From positions 1,062,196 through 1,126,195 of the forward strand of contig CAWITM010000001.1 in the NCBI GenBank assembly GCA_963839115.1: a DNA stretch of 64,000 nucleotides. The letters are read 5' to 3'. The translations under genes and the position numbers were made by a program. Shown one piece after another: positions 43,083 through 52,703 of the stretch. The first letter of the stretch is position 1; every line of letters begins with the position of its first letter. A model generated the notes under the pieces. The model was not told where the DNA came from. It worked only from the letters and a program-made list of their open reading frames with translations, and searched no databases. This stretch comes from an uncultured Actinomycetes bacterium. Lineage in GTDB: Bacteria; Actinomycetota; Thermoleophilia; Solirubrobacterales; 70-9.

Positions 43083-44780
43083 ATGAGAGCCGCTGACACG
43101 CTGATGGAATCACTGAAGGCCGAGGGCGTCAAAGACGTCTTCGGGATCCCCGGCGGGGCGAATCTGCCCACCTACGACGCTCTCGTCGACGCCGACTTCC
43201 GCCACGTCCAGGTGCGCCACGAGCAGGGCGGCGGCCACGCCGCCGAGGGCTACGCCAAGGCCTCCGGGCGGGTCGGGGTCGCCTTCGCCACCTCCGGTCC
43301 CGGCGCCACCAACCTGGTGACCGCGATCGCCGACGCGATGCTCGACTCGGTTCCGACGGTCTTCATCACCGGCCAGGTGAGAACGGAGCTGATCGGCACC
43401 GACGGCTTCCAGGAGGCCGACATCCTCGGCGCCACGCTGCCGTTCGTGAAGCACAGCTTCCAGGTGACCGACGCGCGCCAGATCCCCGAGTACGTCCACG
43501 AGGCCTTCCACGTCGCCTCGACCGGGCGCCCGGGACCGGTGCTGCTCGACATCCCGCAGGACCTCAGCCGCGCCGACATCGACTACGAGCCGCGCACCGA
43601 GCCGGTCGAACTGCCCGGCTACAAGCCCTCGACCGAGGGCAACATCAAACAGATCCGGATCGCCGCCAAAGCGCTGGCCAACGCCCGCCGGCCGATCTTC
43701 TACACCGGCGGCGGCGTCATCAACGCCAACGCCTCAGAGGAGCTCCGCGAGCTCGCCGACTCCGACAACTTCCCGGTCACCTCGACGCTGATGGGCCTCG
43801 GCGCCTTCCCGGCCTCGAGCGAGCGCTTCGTCGGCATGCTGGGGATGCACGGCACCTACACCGCCAACCAGGCGATGGACAACGCCGACCTGATCGTCGC
43901 AATCGGCGCCCGCTTCGACGACCGCATCACCGGCAAGCTGGCCGAGTTCGCGCCGAACGCCAAAGTCATCCACATCGACATCGACCCGGCCGAGATCTCC
44001 AAGAACGTCGGCGCCCACATCCCGATCGTCGGCGACGTCAAGCTGGTGATGCCGAAGCTGACCCGCGAGTACCGGGCGCTGCAGACCGACTCCTCCCGGC
44101 TCGACGGCTGGTGGACCCAGATCCGCTCCTGGCAGGACGGTCACCCGCTCTTCTACGAGCCGGGGACCGGCGGCGAGATCAAGCCACAGTTCATGATTGA
44201 GACGCTCCACCGGGCGACCGGCGGCGACGCGATCATCACCTCCGACGTCGGCCAGCACCAGATGTGGACGGCGCAGTACTACGGCTTCGACAAGCCGCGG
44301 CGGTGGATCAACTCCGGCGGCCTTGGGACGATGGGCTTCGGCCTGCCCTCAGCGGTCGGCGCCAAGGTCGCCTGCCCCGACGAGCAGGTCGTCTGCGTGG
44401 CCGGCGACGGCAGCCTGATCATGAACGTCCAGGAGCTCGCCACCTGTGTCACCGAACAGATCCCGGTCAAGATCTTCCTGATGAACAACGGCTACATGGG
44501 CATGGTCCGCCAGTGGCAGGAGCTCTTCTGGGACCGTCGCTACAGCGCCGTCGAGATGGGCGCCAGCCCCGACTGGGTGAAGCTGGCCGAGGCCTTCGGC
44601 GCGACCGGCATGCGCTGCGAGGACGCCGGCGACCTCGAGGAGATGATGGGTACGGCGCTCGCCGCCGAGGGCCCGGTCCTGCTCGACGTCCGCGTCACCC
44701 AGGAGGAGAACGTCTATCCGATGATCGCGCCGGGCAGCGCCGCACGCGACATGGTCGAGGCGCCGGGACTGGTTCGGTAA
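43083..44780 (+). CDS. ilvB: Acetolactate synthase large subunit
   Basis: Start ATG 43083 (MRAADTLMESLKAEGV...), 565 aa. ThDP-enzyme motifs (GGGHAAEGYAKASGRVGV.FATSGPGATN; GLGTMGFGLP...GDGS..MN). Confidence 0.96.
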   Translation: MRAADTLMESLKAEGVKDVFGIPGGANLPTYDALVDADFRHVQVRHEQGGGHAAEGYAKASGRVGVAFATSGPGATNLVTAIADAMLDSVPTVFITGQVRTELIGTDGFQEADILGATLPFVKHSFQVTDARQIPEYVHEAFHVASTGRPGPVLLDIPQDLSRADIDYEPRTEPVELPGYKPSTEGNIKQIRIAAKALANARRPIFYTGGGVINANASEELRELADSDNFPVTSTLMGLGAFPASSERFVGMLGMHGTYTANQAMDNADLIVAIGARFDDRITGKLAEFAPNAKVIHIDIDPAEISKNVGAHIPIVGDVKLVMPKLTREYRALQTDSSRLDGWWTQIRSWQDGHPLFYEPGTGGEIKPQFMIETLHRATGGDAIITSDVGQHQMWTAQYYGFDKPRRWINSGGLGTMGFGLPSAVGAKVACPDEQVVCVAGDGSLIMNVQELATCVTEQIPVKIFLMNNGYMGMVRQWQELFWDRRYSAVEMGASPDWVKLAEAFGATGMRCEDAGDLEEMMGTALAAEGPVLLDVRVTQEENVYPMIAPGSAARDMVEAPGLVR

Positions 44781-45325
44781 TGGAGGCTGGAACTCCAGAT
44801 CTGGTCAAACTCGAGGATCTGCGGATCCCCGGGCAGCTGACCGGCCGCAAGCACATCCTCTCGATCCAGGTGGAGAACAAGCCGGGCGTGCTGGCCCGTG
44901 TCGCCGGCCTCTTCTCGCGCCGCGGCTTCAACATCGACACGCTCGCGGTCGGGCCTACCGACGACCCCAGCATCTCGCGCGTCACCCTCACCCTCGACGG
45001 CGCCGTTCACCCGATCGACCAGGTGACCAAGCAGCTCCACAAGCTCGTCAACGTCCTCAAGATCCGCGACATGGAGCCGACCGACACGGTCGCTCGCGAG
45101 ATGGCCCTCTTCAAAGTCTCGGCCGCGGTCGAGAACCGCTCCGAGATCATCCAATTCGCCGAGATCTTCCGCGCCAAGATCGTCGACGTGGCGCGCCGGA
45201 CGATGACGATCGAGGTCACCGGCTCGGCCGACAAGATCGAGGCCTTCGAGCGCATGATCCGCCCCCACGGATTGGTCGAGATGGTGCGGACGGGCGAGAT
45301 TGCCATTTCGCGTGGTCACGAGTAG
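44780..45325 (+). CDS. ilvN: Acetolactate synthase small (regulatory) subunit
   Basis: ATG 44780 overlaps the ilvB TAA by 1 nt. ACT domain HILSIQVENKPGVLARVAGLFSRRGFNI. Confidence 0.94.
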   Translation: MEAGTPDLVKLEDLRIPGQLTGRKHILSIQVENKPGVLARVAGLFSRRGFNIDTLAVGPTDDPSISRVTLTLDGAVHPIDQVTKQLHKLVNVLKIRDMEPTDTVAREMALFKVSAAVENRSEIIQFAEIFRAKIVDVARRTMTIEVTGSADKIEAFERMIRPHGLVEMVRTGEIAISRGHE

Positions 45326-46709
45326 CGCTCTCCGCGAGGGGATTGCCGAGGGCATAGAGCGGGCGGGTCGCCGCCGGACGCGGACTCTGGTCAGCCTCAC
45401 CGCTGCGGTCGACGTCGCCGATCCCTGCGCGGCGATCTTCGCCTCGCGCCTCGCCAGCGATCGCTGGTTCTGCTGGGAGCAGCCCGACCGCGAGTTCGCG
45501 CTGGCCGGGATGGGGTTTGCGCACGAGGCAGCCTCGCGCGGGCCCGGGCGCTTCGGCGACGTGGCCCGCGAGGCGTCGACGATCGGGCGCGACGCCGTCC
45601 TCGACGAGCCGCGTGGGCTGCCTGCGGGTGCGGGGCCGGTCTGGCTTGGCGGCTTTGCCTTCGAGGACGACGGCGCGTCATCGCCGACCTGGTCTTCGTT
45701 TGAGCCCGGCAGCCTCTTCCTGCCCGAGCTCTCGATCTGCCGCCGCGGCGAGCACGCCTTCCTGACCGTCAACGCTGTGGTCGGAGCGGGGGAGGACGGC
45801 GCGCGGCGCGGCGCCGAGCTCGAGGCGCGGCTGGCCTCGCTGCGCGCCGAGGCGCCGCTGCCGCTGCTCGATCCCCACCCGATGTCCCGTCCCGAGATCC
45901 GCGGCGCCCGCTCGCCGCGCGCCTTCGAAGCCGCGGTCGAGGCGGCGACAACCCGGATCGCGGCGGGGGAGATGCAGAAGGTCGTCCTCGCTCGCGAGGT
46001 GATCGTCAGCGCCGGCGCCGCCCACGACCCGGCGGCCCTGTTCGGCGGCATGCGCGAGCAATTCCCGGCCTGCTTCTGCTTCTGCTGCGGGACGCCGGAG
46101 GCGGCCTTCATCGGCGCCAGCCCGGAGCTTCTGGTGCGGCGCTCGGGCGCCAGCGTCTCGACCGTCGCCCTCGCCGGCAGCACCCGCCGTTCCTCCGACC
46201 CCGCCGTCGACGACCACCTCGGTGAGCAGCTCCTGCGCAGCGACAAGGACCGCCGCGAGCACCGGATCGTCGCCGAGCGCATCGTCCGCCACCTGCGCCC
46301 GCACGCGGTCTGGGTCGAGGCGGCGCCCGAGCCCGAGGTCATAAGGATCGCCAACATCCAGCACCTGGCGACGCCGGTGATCGCCCAGCTCTCCGACCCC
46401 CGCTCGGCGATCGAGCTGGCGGGCATGCTCCACCCGACCCCGGCCGTCGGCGGCGAGCCCTGGCCCGCCGCCGCCCCCGCCCTCCGCGAGCTCGAGGCGA
46501 TGGATCGCGGCTGGTACGCCGCCCCGGTCGGCTGGATGGACGCGACCGAGGACGGCGAGTTCTGCGTCGCCCTCCGCAGCGCGCTCCTGCGCGACCGCGA
46601 GGCCCATCTCTTCGCGGGCGTCGGCGTCGTCGCCGGCTCCGACCCCGAGGCGGAGCTGGCCGAGACCGAGGTCAAGCTCGGCGCCCTCATGCCGCTCGTC
46701 GCCGAGTAG
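45300..46709 (+). CDS. menF: Isochorismate synthase (chorismate-binding enzyme)
   Basis: C-terminal chorismate-binding core (GASPELLV..., ALAGS, HPTPAVGG, GWYA.PVGW, VALRSAL, AG.G.V..SDPE.E..E). Located in a men gene context. Start is TTG 45300 or GTG 45312, overlapping the ilvN end. Confidence 0.85.
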   Translation: MPFRVVTSSALREGIAEGIERAGRRRTRTLVSLTAAVDVADPCAAIFASRLASDRWFCWEQPDREFALAGMGFAHEAASRGPGRFGDVAREASTIGRDAVLDEPRGLPAGAGPVWLGGFAFEDDGASSPTWSSFEPGSLFLPELSICRRGEHAFLTVNAVVGAGEDGARRGAELEARLASLRAEAPLPLLDPHPMSRPEIRGARSPRAFEAAVEAATTRIAAGEMQKVVLAREVIVSAGAAHDPAALFGGMREQFPACFCFCCGTPEAAFIGASPELLVRRSGASVSTVALAGSTRRSSDPAVDDHLGEQLLRSDKDRREHRIVAERIVRHLRPHAVWVEAAPEPEVIRIANIQHLATPVIAQLSDPRSAIELAGMLHPTPAVGGEPWPAAAPALRELEAMDRGWYAAPVGWMDATEDGEFCVALRSALLRDREAHLFAGVGVVAGSDPEAELAETEVKLGALMPLVAE

Positions 46710-46738
46710 AACGCGGGATACCTGTCGATTAGTGCAAG

Positions 46739-47844
46739 ATGCGCCGCGTGAAAGCGCTCGTCGTCGGATCCCTCGGCCTGTCCCTCGTCGCCCTTGCCGC
46801 ATTCGCCGCGCCGGGCACGCTCGCGGCAACGGTGCCACCCGGTCCGCGGGTGGCGATCGTTCGCATCGACTTCGCGATACGCAGCACTGAAGTGGTCACC
46901 GCGGGCGGAGTTCCGCTGGCCGGGTTGGCGACCTCGCCCGTCATCCGCGCCTTCGCCGCATCCTCCGGAAAAGGGGCACGGGGCCCGATTCCGAGCCTCT
47001 CCGGCGCCCCGATCTGGTCGCCAGATGGCGCGCAGATCCTCTTTGCCGCTTCGAGCCGTGCGCGTCAGTCGCAACCGCTCGGGATCTTTGCGGTTCCAGC
47101 TGGAGGCGGGACGCCGAAGCGGATCCCCGGCACGACGGGCGGCGTCGCCCCGGTGCTGTCGCCCGGCGGCCAGATCCTGGCCTTCGCCCGGACACGCAAA
47201 CGGTCAGTCCCCAACTCGCACGGCGGCGAAAAGACGGTTTACGAAAGCACGACGACCTGGACCACGAATCTGTCGACCGGTGCCACCCGTCGACTGACGG
47301 ACTGGCGTAACGGCGTCGCGATCTCTCCCTCCTCGTTCTCGCCCGATGGTTCGACCCTCGCGGCGACGGAAATCGTTGGCGAGCAGTCCGCGCCCCAGAA
47401 GCGGGCGGCGATTGCGCTGCCGGTTGGAGGGGGTCCCGCCAAGGTGATCCTCGCGAACGCGCTAGAGCCGACGTATTCGCCCGACGGAACCCGTTCGCGT
47501 TCGTGCGAGGACCGAAGGAAAGCCGCGAATCGAAGGACGGCTTGACCACCGCACAGGTAACCGACCTCTACACCGCCGCACTCGATGGCTCGGATGTCAG
47601 GCGGCTGACCTCGACTCCCAACGCGGTCGAGCTGGCCCCCTCGTGGGACGCCACTGGCCAGAGGTTCGCGTTCACGCGGCTGCATCCATTTGGGGGCGAA
47701 GCGGCCTTCTTCCTCGACGGCGAAATCGGCGAGATCAACGCCGACGGCACCTGCCCCGAGACCCTGATTTCCCGCGGCGGTCTCCTCCTCGGCGGCGCCT
47801 GGCAACCGGGCCCCGGCCGCGAAGCTGGGCCGATCGCCTGCTGA
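46739..47844 (+). pseudogene. Secreted TolB-like PD40 beta-propeller protein interrupted by a 1-nt frameshift near 47485-47500
   Basis: ORF 46739..47545 (signal peptide, SPDG repeats) and ORF 47503..47844 continue each other: YSPDGT | (R)FAFVRGPKE...APSWDATGQRFAFTR. The frame-2 reading FAFV directly follows the SPDG of frame 1. Confidence 0.6.
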
Positions 47845-47847
47845 GCG

Positions 47848-47894
47848 GTGAGTTCGCATTTGGTGGCGCTATCCGCCACCAAATGCGAACTCAC
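47848..47894. terminator. Perfect 21-bp hairpin (gtgagttcgcatttggtggcg-ctatc-cgccaccaaatgcgaactcac) between convergent genes
   Basis: Read directly. Starts 4 nt after the TolB-like stop and ends 14 nt before the menD stop, so it is a candidate bidirectional terminator. Confidence 0.65.
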
Positions 47895-47907
47895 GCCTGG
47901 GCGAGTC

Positions 47908-49659
47908 TTAGCGCAGGGCGGCGACGGCGGCGAGGACCTTGTCGCTGAGGCTTCGGTGCAGGGCGAGGTTGGTGGTGCGGTCGGTGCGGAGCTCGATCAG
48001 GCCGGTGCCGGCGGCAAGGGCGGCGGGCAGGTCGGCAAGGGACTCGAGGCGGGTGTGGGGGAGGTCGAATAGGGCCGCCGCCTTCGCGACATCGACTCCG
48101 CGGGGGGTGCCGAGGAGGGCCTCGAATTCATCGCCCTCCATCGCCGCCTCCTGGGGCAGGAAGTGGAAGATGCCGCCGCCCGAGTTGTCGACGACGACGA
48201 TCCGCACCGGGACGTCGATGTCGCGCAGCGCCGCGAGGCCGCCGAGGTCATGGAGGAGGCCGAGGTCGCCGGTGATGACCGTCGTCGGCCGGCCGCTCGC
48301 CGCTGCGGCCCCGATCCCGGAGGAGATCAGGCCGTCGATGCCGTTGGCGCCGCGGTTGCAGAGGAAGAGGACGTCGACGGGACCGGCCCCGAGGAAGGTC
48401 TCCTGGTCGCGGATCGCCATGCTCGAAGCGGTGTAGACGAGGTCGCCGTCGCGGTGGGCGGCGGTGAGGGCGTGGTGGAGGCCGGGCTCGGAGATCGGGG
48501 CGCCGTTGAGCTCGGCGTCGAGGACGGCGCGGGCAGCGCGGTCGGCGTCGAGCCAGGCGCGCGGCGCCGGTCGCTCGCCGGTCCTCTCCAGCCGCGTCGC
48601 CCAGCCGGCGGCGCACTCGGTCGGGTCGGCGCGGACGATCGCCGCGGCGCGCAGGGTCGGCTCGTTCCAGTCGCCGAGCGGGTCGACGACGATCTGGTCG
48701 GCACCGGAGGCGGCGAGCCAGGTCCGCAGCGGCTTGCTGGTCGGCAGCTCGCCGAAGCGCAGCACCAGCTCCGGCACGGCGTTGTGGGCGAAGTGCTCCT
48801 CGCGCAGCAGGTGGTCGTAGGTCGAGACGACGTAGGAGCGGTCGTGGGGGCCGACCCGCAGCTGCGAGGTTGGCTCGGCGAGGATCGGGAAGCCCGCGGC
48901 GCGCGCCAGGTGGACGAGCGGCTCGCGCAGCTCGGGGTCGAGCTGGCGGCCGGCGACGATGACGCCGGCGATCGCATCACCGATATGGCCGGCGACCTCG
49001 TCGAGGACGAAGGGCGAGGGCTCGAGGTCGACCCGCGTCACCGCGGTCAGCGGCCGGCCCTCGCGGCCGCGCAGGGAGAGCTCGTCGGTCGCCGTCACCG
49101 CGCCCGCGACCGCCACCGGCGCCAGCGGCTCCCGCCACGGCATATTCAGGTGGACGGGACCGGGCCGGATCTCGCCGCGCGCCCGCGCCAGCGCCCGGCA
49201 GGCGAGCGAGCGGTAGTGCAGCAGCCCGTCGTCGTCGGCTTCGTGCGTCCCGACTTCGCAGAACCAGCGCACCGATTCGCCGTAGAGCTTGATCTGGTCG
49301 ATCGTCTGCCCGGCGCCGATCCCGCGCAGCTCCGGCGGCCGATCGGCGGTGAGGACGACCAACGGCAGCGCCGATTCGTCGGCCTCGGCGACCGCGGGCG
49401 CGTAGTTGGCCGCCGCGGTCCCCGAGGTGCAGAGCAGCGCCACCGGCTCGCCGCTCGCCTGCGCGGCACCGAGGGCGAAGAACCCGGCCGAGCGCTCGTC
49501 GACGATCACCGTCACCTCGATCCCCGGCTCCCGCCACAGCGCCACCGCCATCGGCGTCGAGCGCGACCCCGGCGAGACGACCGCCCGCCGCAGCCCGCCT
49601 CTCGCCAGCTCCTCGGCGAAGGCCGAGGCGAGGGCGGTGTTGGCGTTGGTCGCGTCCAT
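47908..49659 (-). CDS. menD: SEPHCHC synthase (2-succinyl-5-enolpyruvyl-6-hydroxy-3-cyclohexene-1-carboxylate synthase)
   Basis: Start ATG 49659 (MDATNANTALASAFAEEL...), 583 aa. ThDP enzyme with MenD-type N-terminus (SPGSRSTP, DERSAGFFALG) and GDL.FLHD-like C-terminal motif (GDLGLLHD). Confidence 0.93.
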   Translation of the reverse strand: MDATNANTALASAFAEELARGGLRRAVVSPGSRSTPMAVALWREPGIEVTVIVDERSAGFFALGAAQASGEPVALLCTSGTAAANYAPAVAEADESALPLVVLTADRPPELRGIGAGQTIDQIKLYGESVRWFCEVGTHEADDDGLLHYRSLACRALARARGEIRPGPVHLNMPWREPLAPVAVAGAVTATDELSLRGREGRPLTAVTRVDLEPSPFVLDEVAGHIGDAIAGVIVAGRQLDPELREPLVHLARAAGFPILAEPTSQLRVGPHDRSYVVSTYDHLLREEHFAHNAVPELVLRFGELPTSKPLRTWLAASGADQIVVDPLGDWNEPTLRAAAIVRADPTECAAGWATRLERTGERPAPRAWLDADRAARAVLDAELNGAPISEPGLHHALTAAHRDGDLVYTASSMAIRDQETFLGAGPVDVLFLCNRGANGIDGLISSGIGAAAASGRPTTVITGDLGLLHDLGGLAALRDIDVPVRIVVVDNSGGGIFHFLPQEAAMEGDEFEALLGTPRGVDVAKAAALFDLPHTRLESLADLPAALAAGTGLIELRTDRTTNLALHRSLSDKVLAAVAALR

Positions 49660-49714
49660 GGGTGGGGGTTGGCGAGAAGCTCTCGCTATTCGAGAGTAAG
49701 TCGCCAAGGGGAGG

Positions 49715-50866
49715 CTAGAGCCGGTGGGCGGCGAGAGCCTCCTCGTCGATGACGACGCCGAGCCCGGGACCGGGCGGCGCGTGGAGCATGTCGCCCCGCA
49801 GCTCGCACTCGACCGCTGCGATCGTCGCCGCGAACAGACGCTGGGTGGCGAGGCCGTGGGCGAGCGAGGCAGGGCTAGGCGCGGTCTCCTCACCATCGGG
49901 TCCGGCGCGGCGCGCGTTCGCATGGCCAGAGTCGATCCGCGCCGCGAGCCGGCGCCCGGCGGCGATCCCGACCGGCCCGTCCAGCGCGCTGGCGACGTAG
50001 GCGGGGAGGATCGCATCGATCGCGGCGCCGGCCTCGATCCCGCCGACCTTGGAGAGCTTGATCCCGGTCGTCGCGAAGGCGCCCGCGGCGACCGCCGCCT
50101 CGGCGTCAGCGACGGTGACGATGCTCTCGTCGCCGGCCAGCGGGATCGAAGTCGTCTCCGCCAGACGCCCCGCTTCCTCGATCGTCGCCACCGGCTGCTC
50201 GACCAGCTCGATTCCCAGCGGCTCGACCGCATCGAGGATCGCCGTCGCTTCCTCCAGCGACCAGGCGGCGTTGGCGTCGAGCCGGATCTTCGCCTCCAGC
50301 CCAAGCGCCTCCCGCACGCCTTCGACCTGGGCGACGTCCTCGCCGGTGCCGACCTTCAGCTTGAACGTCCCGAACCCGTCCGCGGCCCACCGCAGCGCTT
50401 CCTCGGCGACCGCCGCCGGTGGCCCTGAGACCAGCGTCGCGTTGCAGCGCACCGGCTCGAAAGCCACGTCGGCATCCGTCCCGTCCCGCCTCTCCTGAAA
50501 ATCGAGCAACGCCGTGGACACCGCGCAGAGCGCCGGCGGCGAGAGTCCCGCACAAACCCGCCGAAGTACGCCTCCCTCGATCGCGGACCTACCTGCAAGT
50601 GCGTCCGCGATCGAGGGAGGCGTCCCCCCCGACAGGTCGTTCCCAACCAGCTCCGCCGCGACCGCCTCCAGTTCCCGCACCACGTCAACGATCGTCGCCC
50701 CACCCCTCAGCGACAGCGGCACCGCTTCGCCGAGTCCCTCCACGCCCTCCTCGTCCCGCAGCCGCACCAGCACCATCTCGCGCCGGGTCAAGGTCCCGCG
50801 CGCGGTCACGTAGGGCTCCCGGAAGGGCAGGGCGTAGGGGATGACCTCGACCGAGCGCAGGCGCAC
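49715..50866 (-). CDS. menC: o-Succinylbenzoate synthase (enolase superfamily)
   Basis: 383 aa. Enolase-superfamily barrel (FKLKVG, IRLDANAAW, VEQP, DES). Assigned as menC from its position between menA and menD; a related racemase activity cannot be excluded. Confidence 0.8.
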   Translation of the reverse strand: MRLRSVEVIPYALPFREPYVTARGTLTRREMVLVRLRDEEGVEGLGEAVPLSLRGGATIVDVVRELEAVAAELVGNDLSGGTPPSIADALAGRSAIEGGVLRRVCAGLSPPALCAVSTALLDFQERRDGTDADVAFEPVRCNATLVSGPPAAVAEEALRWAADGFGTFKLKVGTGEDVAQVEGVREALGLEAKIRLDANAAWSLEEATAILDAVEPLGIELVEQPVATIEEAGRLAETTSIPLAGDESIVTVADAEAAVAAGAFATTGIKLSKVGGIEAGAAIDAILPAYVASALDGPVGIAAGRRLAARIDSGHANARRAGPDGEETAPSPASLAHGLATQRLFAATIAAVECELRGDMLHAPPGPGLGVVIDEEALAAHRL

Positions 50867-50878
50867 CGGCTAAGCCTC

Positions 50879-51790
50879 TCAGGCGGAGATCAGCAGGCCG
50901 ATCGTCACCAGCACGCTGTAGGCCGCCAGCAGCGCCCCGGTCGCGGCGAGGGCGCCGTTCAGGGCGGGGCCGTCGGACCGCGTTTCCATCGCCCGCACCG
51001 GTTTGATCGCCAGCGGCGCCGCCAGCAGGCCGATCAGAGGCCACGCGCTCGTTTCCCCGGCCCAGAGGGAGAGCGGCAGCAGCACGAAGGCCGCCACGAT
51101 CAGCATTCGATAGAGGTTGACCGCGTTGGCGCGGCCCATCCGCACCGCCGAGGTCATCTTGCCGGCCCGCCGGTCGGTCTCGAGGTCACGGACGTTGTTG
51201 ACGACGAGGATCGCAGTGGAGAGGAAACCGACGGCGATCGAGAGGCCGAGCGGCAGCGCGTCGAGCTGTTCGAGCTGGACGTAGTAGGAGCCGTTGACGG
51301 CGACGAGGCCGAAGAAGAGGAAGACGAAGACCTCGCCAAGGCCGGCGTAGCCGTAGGGGCGCGGGCCGCCGGTGTAGAGGACGCCGGCGGCGATCGAGAA
51401 GGCGCCGATCACGAGGATCACCCAGCCGGCGACGAAGGCCAGATAGATCCCGCAGGCGACGGCGACCGCGAAGGCGATCCAGGTCGCGGTCAGCACCCGC
51501 TGCGGGGTGACTAGACCGGCCGAGGTGACGCGCACCGGCCCGAGCCGGTCGGCGGTGTCGGCACCGCGTCGCGCGTCGGAGTAGTCGTTGGCGAGGTTGG
51601 TCCCGATCTGGATGAAGATCGAGCCGACCAGCGCGGCGAAGAAGGCGCCCCAACGCGGCAGCGATCCGTACCAGTTCCAGGCCGCCGCGGTGCCGACCAG
51701 GACCGGCGCGATCGCCGCCGGCAGGGTCCGCGGGCGCGCCGCCTGGAACCAGATCATCCCGGTGCCGCCGGGCGTGGCGGGGGGTGCCAT
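50879..51790 (-). CDS. menA: 1,4-dihydroxy-2-naphthoate polyprenyltransferase
   Basis: 303 aa UbiA-family membrane protein with [11 protein letters not shown] (NxxxDxxxD). Confidence 0.92.
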   Translation of the reverse strand: MAPPATPGGTGMIWFQAARPRTLPAAIAPVLVGTAAAWNWYGSLPRWGAFFAALVGSIFIQIGTNLANDYSDARRGADTADRLGPVRVTSAGLVTPQRVLTATWIAFAVAVACGIYLAFVAGWVILVIGAFSIAAGVLYTGGPRPYGYAGLGEVFVFLFFGLVAVNGSYYVQLEQLDALPLGLSIAVGFLSTAILVVNNVRDLETDRRAGKMTSAVRMGRANAVNLYRMLIVAAFVLLPLSLWAGETSAWPLIGLLAAPLAIKPVRAMETRSDGPALNGALAATGALLAAYSVLVTIGLLISA

Positions 51791-51824
51791 CAGGCCCGCC
51801 GCGCGGTCGCGCGCATGCCGGCCA

Positions 51825-52691
51825 TCAGGCCCGCCGGGGGAATTTCGAGAATTCGGGCTGGCGGCGCTCCTTGAAGGCCTCGCGTCCCTCCGCCGCCTCC
51901 TCGCTGCCGTAGAAGAGGAGGTTGGCGTCGTGGGCGAGCTGCTGGATTCCGGCGTAGCCGTCCTCGTGAGCGTTGAAGCTGGACTTGACCAGCCGCAGCG
52001 CGAAGGGGGAGAGGGCGAGCATGTCGCGGCACCAGGCCACGGTCTCGGCCTCGAGCCGGTCCAGCGGCACCACCGTGTTCACGAGCCCTATCTCCAGCGC
52101 CTCGGCGGCGTCGTACTGACGGCAGAGCAGCCAGAATTCCTTCGCCTTCTTGGTCCCGACGAGGTCGCGCAGCAGCGAGGCGCCGTAGCCGCCGTCCCAG
52201 GAGCCGACCCGCGGCCCGGTCTGGCCGAAGACGGCGTTGTCGGCGGCGATCGTCAGATCGCAGCAGAGGTGGAGGATGTGGCCGCCGCCGATCGCGTAGC
52301 CGGCGACCATCGCCACGATCGGCTTCGGCAGCCGCCGCATCTGGATCTGCAGGTCGGTCACGTGGAAGCGGCCGACCGAGGCACCCTCGGCGATGTAGCC
52401 GGTGTCGCCGCGCACGCGCTGGTCGCCGCCGGCGCAGAAGGCCTTGTCGCCGACCCCGGTGAAGACGACGACGCCGACCTCGGGGTCCTCGCGAGCGTCC
52501 TCCAGCGCCGCGCCGACCTCGATCAGCGTCTGCGGCCGGAACGCGTTCAGCACGTCGGGGCGGTCGATCGCGACCTTGGCGATCCCGCCGCCCTTCTCGT
52601 AGCGCACGTCCTCGTAGTCGCCGGCCGCCTCCCACTCGATCGGGGCATAGAGCTCGGCCTCGGGCAGGGCGTCCTTGTGGCGTTTGGGCAT
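51825..52691 (-). CDS. menB: 1,4-dihydroxy-2-naphthoyl-CoA synthase
   Basis: 288 aa crotonase fold. [16 protein letters not shown]...NAF and FCAGGDQ; typical MenB C-terminus. Confidence 0.96.
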   Translation of the reverse strand: MPKRHKDALPEAELYAPIEWEAAGDYEDVRYEKGGGIAKVAIDRPDVLNAFRPQTLIEVGAALEDAREDPEVGVVVFTGVGDKAFCAGGDQRVRGDTGYIAEGASVGRFHVTDLQIQMRRLPKPIVAMVAGYAIGGGHILHLCCDLTIAADNAVFGQTGPRVGSWDGGYGASLLRDLVGTKKAKEFWLLCRQYDAAEALEIGLVNTVVPLDRLEAETVAWCRDMLALSPFALRLVKSSFNAHEDGYAGIQQLAHDANLLFYGSEEAAEGREAFKERRQPEFSKFPRRA

Positions 52692-52703
52692 GATGGGGAC
52701 GAT

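Noticed and set aside
44714-47074. 786-aa minus-strand ORF, plus 45678..46838 (minus strand)
   Set aside because: Antisense to ilvN and menF. Ser/Arg/Ala-rich with no motifs.
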